Shown here piece after piece: positions 1-12,001 of a stretch of DNA of 64,000 nt. The position numbers and the translations under genes are program-made. This stretch comes from Octopus vulgaris (taxonomy: Eukaryota). Within the stretch, counting starts at the first letter, position 1; the number at the start of each line of letters is the position of its first letter. The notes beneath the pieces are model-generated. The model was not told the DNA's origin. It worked only from the letters and a program-made list of their open reading frames with translations, and ran no database searches. Where the stretch lies: positions 20,584,001-20,648,000 of the forward strand of contig OX597820.1 in NCBI GenBank assembly GCA_951406725.2, written 5' to 3'.

Positions 1-32
1 TCATGTTCCACTGAGTCAAGGGCAGTAGAGGT

Positions 33-196
33 GCAGTTTTTTCTAGCGGTGTCATATGAAATAGTCACCCATAATTATGACCCTAGTATCGATCTATTGC
101 ATTTCAATCTGTTTTAGGGTTAGGGTTAGTTAGGGTTAGGATTAGGGGTGGGGGAAGGGTATCTTTTTTTCTTCAGAAATGTAAGTAAACCCAATC
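33..196 (+). mobile_element. Partial copy of the TTAGGG-containing MITE (same family as 1922-2339)
   Basis: Near-identical to 1942-2089, including ctagcggtgtcatatgaaa...gatctattgcatttcaatctgttttagggttaggg; both termini are missing. Confidence 0.8.
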
Positions 197-609
197 GCCA
201 CTACATAGGTGTATAAAAAGATAATCAGTGCAGACATGGTACATGATTCCGAGTCAAGTCAAACTCGATTCAGAGCGATAGCAATTGATTTAGTTTTAGG
301 GTGAGCCTGGAGTGAGATGTGTTTATTATTTCTTACAATTCAAGGGACCTACAGTGTTTAACATTTCACGTTTTCATATTTCATTTAATTTTTGATGATG
401 GCACACTGCATATAGATAAGAATCAATCAGGATAAAGAGGAGGAGGTGGAGAAGGTGGGGAAGAGAGGAAAGAGAAAGAGTTACGTGACGTAATGGATGT
501 CAAAAAAAAATTAAGTTGGAATGGAGAACTGGGGGAGGTGAAAAGGAAGAAGTGAAGTGGTGAAGTTCAAGAAAAGAACGGCAAATAATATTGATGTTGA
601 CGATCATCT

Positions 610-610
<1 letters not shown>

Positions 611-653
<43 letters not shown>
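611..653. repeat. (GAT)n microsatellite in a purine-rich low-complexity tract
   Basis: Read directly; explains the poly-Ile ORF 500-736. Confidence 0.95.
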
Positions 654-1174
654 GTAAAGATGATGGAGAACAAGAGTAAGAGGAGGGAAAGGATGATGGC
701 GGAAGTGGTGGGTTGAGTTCCTAATACTGTTGACAAATTCGAGACAAATTCGATGTCGATTCAGATATGAAGGGAAATTGAAGGAAAGAAGAGAGGATAA
801 ATGGCGAGGAAGAAAAAAAGAAGTGTGAAATATAGAAGACAGACAGAAAGTGATGGAGAGAAAAAAATGGTAGATGAGAAATATGAGAAAGGAGAAGAAA
901 CTGAAGAGGATAATGAAAAAGAAGATAAAGATAAGACAAAGATAAACAGAAAATAGAAGTAAAATATTTATACGGACGAAAAAAAAAATGAAAAGAAGGA
1001 AAAAAGAACGAATAGAATTTTATGATAATGATAGCGATAAGGCTGTTGTTGCTGTTGTTGTTGTTGTTGCTGTCGTGATGGGAATGAAGAATAAGATGAA
1101 GAAGTAAAGAGGAAAAATGAAAGAAAAAGTCCTGAGAATTCATAAAATAAGAAAGAGAAAAATGTGATATAGCA

Positions 1175-1381
1175 TGACGACGACGACGACGACGAAGTAG
1201 AAGAAGAAGAAGAAGAAGAAGAAGAAGAAGAAGAAGAAGAAGAAGAAGAAGAAGAAGAAGAAGAAGAAGAAGCAGAAGAAGAAGAAGAAGAAGAAGGAGG
1301 AAAAGAAGAAGAAGAAGAAGAAGCAGAAGAAGACGAAGAAGAAGAAGAAGAAGAAGAAGAAGAAGAAGAAGAAGAAGAAGG
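1175..1381. repeat. (GAC)n followed by a long (GAA)n microsatellite
   Basis: Read directly; explains the poly-Leu and poly-Ser ORFs. Confidence 0.95.
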
Positions 1382-1921
1382 AGAACCATAGCCCTTTCTT
1401 TGGAACGCCTTTTCATGCATATTGGTAAGCGATCAATGAAAACGAAATAATCAAGTGGGTGTGGTTAGGATTTGAACGTATTACAAGACGTGTACAAAGA
1501 GGGTGTCATTATGCATTCATGTCTTCAGTTATTGGTAGACGTCTGCAAGAAGGCTGACAACGAACCTGTCGCCTAAGTTCAGTAGCAGTTATTGCGTAGG
1601 CAAACCTGAAATAACGTGCAACAAGCTTAACACTAGTAGCAGTAGCGGAACATTTTTCCCAATATGATTAAATTAGATGCTACCACAGCCAATAGCAACG
1701 GTAGCAGTGGAAGTAGTAGGTGGAGGAGATGATTGAACGTCAACAGTGTTCTTAAAGCTTACCTTACTATATTCAATTTAGTGTAACTTGTGGGGGAGTT
1801 ACGTTTCTCTTTCATTAAAAGCGAGATCGATAGATCAAAGTATTTGCAATTTACTAAGGGAGCTTCCGTTAGTTATTTCCTTTCACAATACCTGTAGTTC
1901 TCACCTTTTTATAACTCAATG

Positions 1922-2339
1922 GGATCTTTTCGGTTTGAACGGCAGTTTTTTCTAGCGGTGTCATATGAAATTATCACCCATAATTATGACCCTAGCATCG
2001 ATCTATTGCATTTCAATCTGTTTTAGGGTTAGGGTTAGGGGTGGGGGAAGGGTATCATATTTTCTTCAGAAATGTAAATAAACCCAATCTGTTTCTTAAA
2101 TGAGGGACACATTCACACGACACAGAATGTTTTCACCTCAATAGACGTCATTAATTGGTTGAAATTGCAGAAATTGAAGAAAAAAAAAACAACAAATATC
2201 TTACAAGCTATAGAATTTTCTCAATAAAGCCAAAAGAAAAATATGTTTTATAAACACATTCTACCAATATACGAAGTTCAAAAGTGTTTAGTTACGTGGA
2301 AATTATTTTAAAAAACTGCCGCTCAAACCGAAAAGATCC
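1922..2339 (+). mobile_element. Complete non-autonomous DNA transposon (MITE) with GG termini and 8-bp TSD, Merlin-like, with an internal telomeric-type repeat
   Basis: TIRs ggatcttttcggtttgaacggcagttttt / aaaaactgccgctcaaaccgaaaagatcc (1 mismatch); perfect TSD actcaatg at 1914-1921 and 2340-2347; ttagggttagggttagggg near 2023-2041. The superfamily is inferred only from the termini and TSD length. Confidence 0.85.
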
Positions 2340-2407
2340 ACTCAATGCCCTACCATTCACTAAGTGTGTTATTATAAACGCGCCGCCATCATATTCTTTA
2401 AATATTT

Positions 2408-2610
2408 ATCTTTTTCAGTCATTAGGCTGCGGCCATGCTTGGGCACTACCCTGAAGAATTCTTTAGTCGAAGGAATCGACTCAAGTACTTATTTTTCTTT
2501 TAAGCCCGTGACATATTCTACCAGTCTATTTTACCGAAACACTAAGTTACTGGGACGTAAACACACCAACCCCGGTTGTTAAGCGGTGGTAGGAAACAAA
2601 CACAGACTCA

Positions 2611-2620
<10 letters not shown>
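2408..2620 (-). mobile_element. 3' half of SINE family B (tRNA/CORE-like SINE with an internal microsatellite)
   Basis: ttcagtcattaggctgcggccatgct...gtaaacacaccaac matches the copies at 18700, 33050, 46005 and 58993. Confidence 0.75.
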
Positions 2621-2662
<42 letters not shown>

Positions 2663-2774
2663 ATATAATACCTTTTCCTAACTCACAACTATTTCTAATT
2701 AAGTTTGCAAACAGTAAGAATTTGGCAGAATCCATTCGGCATAATAAATATAATGAAAAGTTTGTTATAGACTA

Positions 2775-2783
<9 letters not shown>

Positions 2784-2870
<87 letters not shown>
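2784..2870. repeat. (GT)n microsatellite
   Basis: Read directly. Confidence 0.95.
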
Positions 2871-2873
<3 letters not shown>

Positions 2874-3386
2874 ATGTATTTATGTATGTATATGCAAACA
2901 TACATACACTTTCGAAAGTGATACGAGTATGCGACATTGCTAAACCGCAACTTTGGTGAAGTACAGTATACTATGTTATTCTTGATATCACTCCTCCAGG
3001 TGATGTCATTTCATCTTGGCGCTGAAGTATATTGTGTTTTTTTAACACTATACGTCTTTAAAAGGATTTTTACAGGACGGACGAAAGACTGCAGCTTCTG
3101 GCGTTTAAGCAGCACGCACCATTCAGCATGTTGTATTGATAACATCATAATACATATCTGTGTGGTGTCTATGTATACATTTGAATATCTTTTATCTTTG
3201 ATCTTTTAGTCGTTTCACTCATTCAGACCGTAGCCATACTGGGGCAACACCTTGAAAAATTGTAGTAGAACGCATCGGCCCCTGGTGTTTATTCTATCGG
3301 ATCCTTTTTGCTGAACCGCTAAGATATGGGGGCGTAAATACACGAACATACCGGTTACCGATCGGTGGGAGGTGGTGAAACACGCA

Positions 3387-3438
<52 letters not shown>

Positions 3439-3459
3439 AAAATCTACAAGATTTTTTCA

Positions 3460-3610
3460 TTCTCTCTGTTTATTTTCTCTTATTTCTTTCTGTTGAAGAG
3501 CGTAGGCACGAAACGTAAAAGACTTTTTCATTTTCCCGAGCGTCAATCTAATACACTTGCTTGTTGTTCATACACCTGTCTTCGTCTTTTGTTTTTCTAT
3601 GAATTTCAAG
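3460..3610 (+). mobile_element. Solo Penelope-like pseudo-LTR fragment
   Basis: Homologous to the reverse complement of 22960-23110 (3' end of the Penelope-like element) and to 42350-42545. Confidence 0.75.
3485..3522 (+). ncRNA. Minimal type I hammerhead ribozyme motif, A6U core variant
   Basis: tcttt-CTGTTGA-a-gagc gtag gcac-GAA-ACGT-A-aaaga: stem I tcttt/aaaga, palindromic stem III ACGT. Confidence 0.55.
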
Positions 3611-4036
3611 TATATATATATATATATATTGGAAGGTTTGGAGATGATGTACAGCTATTTTATATTAGAAGAAATGAGGTACTCAGAAATTCGAATGGTT
3701 TTATATTTACAGATATTCATTTGTATATTACATGTTTTTATACATCACGTAACTTAGATCATGTATTAGCGTTTTCTCCCATTCTAGTGGGGTTTTCGAA
3801 TCAAACTAAGTTTCTGTGTGAAAAGTTTTGACCATTTTATAGTGTTTTCGAGTTTGTAGTGGTGGAGAGGAATATAAGACAGTACAAGAGGGTGATGGAT
3901 GAGGAGAAAGTGAGAGAGAGATAGAGAGAGCATGTGTGTGTGTTTTTGTATTTGGAATGAGTGCTAAAGAAGAAGAGGGGAAGAAGAAGGAAAACATTTA
4001 AAAAATTTTTTTGCTCTGCTGGACAGGATGTTTACT

Positions 4037-4134
<98 letters not shown>

Positions 4135-4540
4135 TTATATATAACACCTTATTTTCCTGTCTCCTGACATTCAACCATGTTTGTAGCCGCAAGGCTTCCA
4201 CTTAATCTAACTTGTCCTTTTAGACAAAAAACACCTGTTGTTATTCTTGTTGTTTGTATTTATAATCGTGTAACATATTCTCCGTTTTCTCATTTTTGTC
4301 GTCCGTGTTGTCGCAGATATTCGCTTGCTTTATTCCAAAAATTTAATGCCCTTAGCTTAGATTTTTGGGGCCTACCAATTTTGAACAGTCACAAGTGTAA
4401 CAGGCTGAAACTGCAATGATGATTGGAAGCTTGACTAATGAATAGAAAGCCACGAATATTCCTTTCTGGTTTTCCTTTCCGTCCTTGTATCGTCCATCTG
4501 TCCATATGTTTTCACTGTCGTCCGTTACGTTCTTGTTCCG

Positions 4541-4587
<47 letters not shown>

Positions 4588-4621
4588 CATACATACATAC
4601 ATACATACATACATACATGCA

Positions 4622-4669
<48 letters not shown>

Positions 4670-5121
4670 TAGTTTTAGAGACTGAACCACCCCAGCTCAA
4701 TCACCATTGAAAGATATTATACCCGACCGAGCCATAAAATATTAAATATGATACTTACTATATCTATTCAGAGTCCCATACTTTCCATTTTAAAAACAAC
4801 ACGTGTTTCATGACAGTATGTCGGTATTGTTGAGATATAAAGTCTCTAGTTTCAATACTCAATTACATCGACGTACTCCCAATCTTCAGGTCTGGAATCT
4901 ACACATTTATTACCCTATATACATCCTATATAACTCTATGATAATTGAAATTATTTGAGTAAAAATCGTTAACATAATTTTACTTTACAAATTTATGAAT
5001 GAAAATAAAAATAAAACGAATGAACCTTCAAAATTTAAGGAATAAAAGAGGATAAAAATGCGAATGAAAAATATGAATAAAAAGTAATATATATATATAT
5101 ATATATATATACGAATAAAAA

Positions 5122-5187
<66 letters not shown>

Positions 5188-6589
5188 GGCGAGCTTTTTT
5201 CAGTTTCCGTCAACTAAATCCCATTCTCAAGTCTTAGGTCGGACCGAGGCTATAGTAGAAGATACTTGCGCAAGGTGCTACGCAGTGAAACTGAACCCGG
5301 AACCATGTGGTGAGGAAGAAAAATGCTTATCACACGCTTCCTCCCACCACGACACACAGATTGTATTTTCAAAATACTCAAGTTTCATATATTGCTCTTT
5401 AAATACAACACAATTAGATTTTGAGAACGAAGAATAGTCACCATTTCTGCATTGACAGAGTATGATTCCACCTGAAGAATACCAACGTGATTGGAACCAT
5501 TAAAATATCAATTGCCCATTTACCGTCCTCATACTGGGTCAAAATGGAAATAATTACCTTTGATCTACATATTTTTTTTATTAGCGTCAACTGAAAATCG
5601 TTTCTGTGAATGCTAACTAATTATGATTGGTTTGATATTTAAAGCGATCGATATAAAAAGATTTTTTTGAAAATTGTTCTTTTTTTATGTATGCCTTTTT
5701 ATATCTCTTTAATTTATCGCTGGCATATTTCCATAGGATAAAGGTAAATGACTTATGTATAATATATAATATTATTCTCGTGTCTTGAAAATTGAAGTCT
5801 GTTGGGATATATATTCATTTTTATTACAAAACTTATTCTGAATAATCATCAATGAATAGATCCATTGATGTAAACATCAAACAGATTATATAGCGTTAGG
5901 TTTGCTTTTCAAACTAAGCTAAGATATGAAAAAAAGTTTTCTCTCTATACCGTGTCCCATCGTCAAATATAGATTGAGAAAATAGATTAATCTCTATCAA
6001 CATGGCAGCATCAAGAGTGCTTCTGAATGTTTTTTGTTGAAAGGTAGGACATCTTTTACAATAATAACCAGTGGTGACGTTTGTATGCTGTACTTTATCG
6101 GAATAAATTTAAAATTGTAATCCTATAATAAAATTGATTTTAGAATGACAGATATCGATACAAATCAAATTTTGATTGTTGAAGTAGAGTCAGAAACGAT
6201 CTCTCTTAAGCATGGGTTTGTTCTAATTCTGTCATTTTCTATAATCGATTCTTCATTTAAAAAAAAATTCATGTTTTTCTTTTTCTATCATAAATGTTAG
6301 GGAGGTTAAAAAGGAAATAACGAGTTTCTTACCGTTATGTTGTGCGTTGCAGACGGGCAGATTCAATATTTATTATCATAATAGATTTTAAGGAGGCAAA
6401 CTGGCCATGTACCAAAACTTGAAACCATTATTATGAGGAATTTTCAACTTCATGAGGTATCTTTGTTTCTCACTTGGAAATCACGGAAATTAAGAGACCG
6501 TTGCAGCTAAGCATCCTCAAAATTGCTGAATTTTCTCGGTTATACACAATGCACAAAGCGCCCCTTTTCTGTAAAAAATTAACAAACTA

Positions 6590-6782
6590 CCGTATTTGAT
6601 AGCATAAAGCAAACACAGGCATATTTGATGCACCCCAACTCAGCTTACTATGTAGTGAGCGTCAGGGACAAAATTAGTTTATGGGAGGCCCACTTTCGCA
6701 TTTAAGACTCGGGGTGATATTTGGGAGCGAGTGGGGACATTTTTGGGAAAAGACAGTGGGTCTTATATCCCATCAAATGCGA
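6590..6782. mobile_element. Degenerate TA-flanked MITE (Tc1/mariner-type termini)
   Basis: ta-ccgtatttgat ... atcaaatgcga-ta imperfect TIRs. Confidence 0.4.
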
Positions 6783-8599
6783 TACATATTTATCAATCTA
6801 CTGACGTATTCAGGAAAAATTCCCGAAACTGTATGAACTTAATAGAATCGAAAAAGCTAAGTCAGTTTCGATTCGCAAGGGAAGCCATTTTTCTTATTTG
6901 ATGTTACCAATGATTGTGTGAAGAAATGAATGCTGTTACCATCCATTTCTCCAAAGTCATAAATCCAAGAAAATACCATTTTTCGAAAAGCTACAATTTT
7001 TTTCACACTTTATGTTTTAGTGTTCTTGGGAGAATATATCTCTCTTCTTTCATACCAATGGCTCTAATTCTGGATATTGTCCAAGAAGCTTATATACAAT
7101 CATTGTATTATTCCTGCTATACACGAATTGATTTTGTAAGTATGTCTTTTAACTTGATAAACGGTCGCCATATCATGTTTATGAGTTGGCACCAGATCTC
7201 ATTAGTTTCTCTGTCCTTGATTTGAAAACATTTCACGCACGCTGAAACACAAGTAACACATATTGTATATTCTAGAAACATTATTTCTACTAATAAACGT
7301 GAAACAACTGCATAGTCCTAGTAACATCGATCAACCAAGTTGTAGGTTATGAGGATTCAAACCGTACTTTTTCTTCGATTTTTCAACCGAATTGATAGGG
7401 ATAAAATAACCATTTTTATGTTTTAGAGTCAGCAGACCGGTTCTGCAACCCCCGTGGTTGCGAATTCAATCCCACTGCGTGCACTTTAAACAAGTATCTT
7501 CTGTTAGAGCTCCGGGGACACCAATGCTTTATGAGTAAATTTGGTAGACACAAACTGTGTAGAAACTCCGAGCTTTTACATGCCATCTTTACTGCCCTGA
7601 TGACTCAATAAAACAATATGACGCATGTATACATTAATCTATTTACTACTCTTTTGCATTTCCAATAGTTTAATTCATCCTTACCATTCTTATTATTGTC
7701 ACGGTTACACATATAGCCCCACATGTATTCTCATCATCATGGATACATCCTATGCAATCATGGATTCGCAACTGTATTCAACACCGAGCATTCTTTCATT
7801 ATGTCAACTATCGTCGATATTAACCTCTGCAAAATACCGATCCAGTTATGCGAATTTATTGCAGCACACATCACCACAGGGCAGGCCTAGACAATTACTC
7901 ATAGAAATGTGAACATTAATGAAACACAAGCACACACGCACACATTTGGATACAAAACGATTACTCGTCGTCTCATCCAAACACAAACCGAATCATATTT
8001 CAAAGACGTATCATTAACCTAATCTAATTAAAAATCGAATTCTATTTATCATTTGATTTGTTGTTAATGACTTGCACTTATTTTTAATTGTTCATTTGTT
8101 CATTCAATTATTTACAAAAGAAAATATTCTTAATTTTGACTTCAATAGTAATATACTTAATTGGGTAAATATTTCCTTGACGTTTATACAAATGTTACAT
8201 TATAAAAATACAACTGCAACTGATGTGATGAATGTCCGTTTCTGTTATTTTCTTTTAGGTCTCTGTGTGTTTTTGCGTGTTTAAATCTGTTAATGGCTTC
8301 TTTATTTATGTTGCTTAGAATTATAATAATTTCCAATACAAAAATAAATAAATATGTAATGTACTTTAAATCTTATGAAAACAACGTATTCAGCATTTTC
8401 TAAACTAAACAAATTTGCTTTATCTGCAAGTGTCTCTATTCTTTGTTTCTTATCCTTTTTTTCTTTTATTTACTGAACATTGTTACATCCATTAATGTGC
8501 ATGTGTTCGAACTCAAGTCAGGACGGGCGTGACTTTGTGTTCATACAGTTATCTATGAATGAAACAGAAAAAAAGCAAAGAATAATCTAACAGTAATTA

Positions 8600-9550
8600 C
8601 CAATCAATTCGACTCAAGAAAGCTCTCAAGGTTCCCTTGATCTTACGAAAAATACAAGAATCCTGACAACGCCAAACAAACAATTCTTTTTTTGTCGTCC
8701 TAGCGGAGATAGCACCACGGAGATAGCTTCTACTCGCAGAGCTATTCACTCTCTGCAAAAAAAGAATTTCTCAGTCCTAGCCATTCTCAGAAAAGATAAA
8801 ACCCTGAAGAAGTAATATTTATCAAACAATCGATCTCACTTTCAATATCACAAAGAGAGGGAAATCTGTAGAAAACATTCTCATTCGTACTGAGCTTCAA
8901 TCTCTCTTTCATCTTATTCAGTGACCACCACCACGGTTTATGTGGTGCCATATTTAACAATTATCTACTTACCTACATCACATATCATCGATCCATCACT
9001 CTTGAAGACGATTGCTTTGACTGTACTTGATACGGTAAACCTTAACCAAAAAGCTTCCGCATACGAATTTCTTACCTGACCACATAATCTCAGCACTGAC
9101 ATTGACGCTCTCAGTCTCATTAAATATTGTGTAACCCAGTTCAGTTTGTGTTTCCTACACTCTTCCTGGTATACATTAGGGGCCTTATCTCTGATATTCC
9201 TAACAACAGGTATTCTAATATGCCATCCAAAATCAATATAAACAACACAAGATGTTAAATTTTCTCAAATATTCCGCAAATATCAAACCAGAGAATATCC
9301 TCTGAAAGACGTATGCAAAGTCAGTCTCCCTCAACAACACTGAAACATATATGAAAGAAGCGATGTTGCAGAAAGTCACTGATTCTACCCATGAGTAACA
9401 AACTCTTAAAATTCCTGAACTCGCTGTAAATGCTAAGCTTCTTTCATGGCAGTCACCCCTCTATTTTTAAAGGTTGCGTCGTGGAAACTAAGATTCCTTG
9501 TCGATCCTAGAAACGCAGATACTGAATAATCATTCAGTTACTGAATGATC
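8600..9550 (+). pseudogene. Highly decayed LINE reverse transcriptase relic (CR1/Jockey-like)
   Basis: Fragments LFSDHHHG (about 8914-8937, cf. LLSDxQYGF) and PTLFLVYI (about 9153-9177, cf. GSVLSPTLFLxYINDL) in the expected order; many stops and frameshifts; boundaries approximate. Confidence 0.5.
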
Positions 9551-10347
9551 CTCAAATGAAGTTTATGGACCACCAAAGTTGATGTGTTACTCATATCTGG
9601 TTTGTTCTGCTAGTGCTGCCGCTGTTGAATTTGTTGCTGTTGCTTACCAACCACATGTGGTTCGTAAGCAAGCTACTTACCACACAGCCACTCCTACGCC
9701 TATATCAGTATGTGTATATAATTGCTTGTTGGATAAGGTAAAAAAGTGAGTATATAGTGCGTTTGTGTATGTTGACTGTTAGTCTGTGATCGAAACACTA
9801 TAAGGGAAGAACATTTAAGCTTCATATTGATTGAGAGGAACAGTTACAGTATGCGATGACATGTAACATGTTTCCTTCTCATTTTACAAAAAAATATCTA
9901 AAAAAAACAAACCCTAATACTCCCGGGTCCTGTGCACAAAGTTGGGTCTACCATAAGATTTTGTGCACTAAACCTATTTATTCTGAATAAGCGCTGCTGA
10001 AATTTGTGTCTACTTTTACTCGTGCATATTCTATGTCATCAAATGCGGTATTTTGAAATTGGTGGCGTGAGTAATTTAGTAAATACAAATTCAAAACTCA
10101 TATCTATGATCTAAATTCAGCCAAACATTAAAAACGAAGAGTCCGTTTGAACAAAATAGCTAAACTGACATAATTTTCAATGTCTTTGGATCTCATTTGA
10201 GTAGTTTTTTGGCAAGATGTCTCCATATCGCCAAAGCAACGTCATTTTTTAGCTATGGATGATAACAAAATACTTTGAGCATTTACCAGGGCTGCTATTA
10301 CAACAAGATTTAAACAGCTTTTATTTTAGAAAGAAAAATCTTTGTTA

Positions 10348-11622
10348 TCAGGTCATCCCATAAGTTCTGTCTGATTTTACCATTTTTAAAATTGAATGAA
10401 ATTTAATAGTATTTTAGACTGTCTAATGGAATTAAAATATATTTTTATGCATTTGTGCACATTTAAATTAATTAAATATTATTTTACAGAATAGTAGAAT
10501 TAAAATTTCTTTGATTAAAACCCTTTCAAACATGGAAGTATCCAAAGAGCATTTGAGGCACATATTGCTTTATGAGTACAAAAAAGGAAACTCTGCAGCC
10601 GAAGCGACTCGAAACATACACTCAATTTATAGGAAAGAATGCTTGAATGAAAGAACTTGTAGAAGATGGTTTGCAAAATTCAGAAGTGGAGGTTTCAGCT
10701 TTGAAGATGAAGATCGAACAGTTGAGTTTGATGATAAGCTCCTTGAGGCATTACTTGAAGAAAATCCTGCATTATCAGTTGAAGAATTGGCAGTAAATTT
10801 TAGCTCAAACCATACAACTGTTCATCGTCATCTTTAACAACTTGGAAAGGTTCCTAACCTTGGAAAATTGGTGCCTCATGAATTGTCCGAAAGCAACCGC
10901 AAATCCTGAGTTGACATTTGCTCTTCTCTCCATTCTCGCGAACTCATTTCACCCTTTTCGGATAGACTTGTGACTGGTGACGAAAAATGGATCTTCTATC
11001 GAAATATTAAATGTCGTAAACAGTGGCTTAGTAAAAAGGAAAAATCTCAACCACAACACAGAAGAGAACTTCATGGAAAAAGTTTCTTCTCTCTATCTGT
11101 AGGAATTGCAAAGGAGTTATTCACTTTGAATTGTTACCCCTTAATGCAACAATCAATGCTCAAGTCTACTGTCAGCAATTAGAGCGTTTGAACCAAGCTT
11201 TGAAGGAAAAAAGACCCGCTTTAGTGAATCGAAAAGGAATGATGTTTCATCAGGACAATGCGTGACCCCACACTGCAAAGAGCACATCACAGAAAATCGA
11301 AGAGCTTGGTTGTGAAAAATTCCTAATCTACCTTATTCTCCCGACCTTGCTCCTTCAGACTACCATTTGTTTCGTAGTTTACAGAATCATTTGGGGAACA
11401 TAACTTTCGCAAGCCAGGAGGAGGTCGAAACTGACATCTCAGACTTCTTCGCTTTGAAAACAAGAGTTTTACATTGATGGTATTATAAAACTTGTAAACA
11501 GATGGAAGGAAGTCATAGATAATCAGGGAAAGTATATTGATGATTAAATTTCAGTTAAATATAATATTTGATTACTTGTTTTCTTTATTCAAAGTTCGGA
11601 GAGAACTTATGGGTTGACCTGA
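10348..11622 (+). mobile_element. Full-length mariner DNA transposon (about 1275 bp), inactive
   Basis: TIRs tcaggtcatcccataagttct / agaacttatgggttgacctga flanked by TA at 10346-10347 and 11623-11624; contains a transposase pseudogene. Confidence 0.95.
10532..11547 (+). pseudogene. Mariner DD34D-type transposase pseudogene
   Basis: MEVSKEHLRHILLYEYKKG HTH start, (W/L)VPHEL, VTGDEKW, HQDNA*PH and YSPDLAPSDYHLF motifs; in-frame stops (e.g. 10835) and frameshifts. Confidence 0.93.
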
Positions 11623-11953
11623 TAGATTAAGGAATGCATTGTGACATAGGCTTCATGTAATATGTAATATAAGTTAAACATATAAAATCTTCCGTTCCTC
11701 GTCGTCTTCCCAGAGAAGTTGTTAAAGGATTAATGGAATCACTATGCAAAGACTACTTCAGATAATCGATTCTGAAAGATCGATCTATAAAGACAGGTGG
11801 AGGTGGGGCGAAAGAACGTTTCTTTATTTATTGATCCTGGAAAGACAAAAAATTTAAGATGGCTTTGGCGGTATATGGACTTTGAAAGCAGAGAGCTAGA
11901 TAATAGACAATACATTCTATTTGACATTCTAAAGACTATGCCAGTTCGTCTGC

Positions 11954-12001
<48 letters not shown>

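Noticed and set aside
114-147. TTAGGG repeats near the window start suggesting a telomere
   Set aside because: Only a few units, and they are internal to a MITE that is also present complete at 1922-2339.
500-1420. Long poly-Leu, poly-Ser and poly-Ile ORFs resembling membrane or signal proteins
   Set aside because: They are translations of (GAA)n and (GAT)n microsatellites.
4840-4895. Minus-strand CTGAAGA...GAAACTAG hammerhead-like spacing
   Set aside because: No UH cleavage site and no stem I pairing.
7592-7626. CTGATGA followed by aaaacaat
   Set aside because: Lacks GAAA and credible stems.
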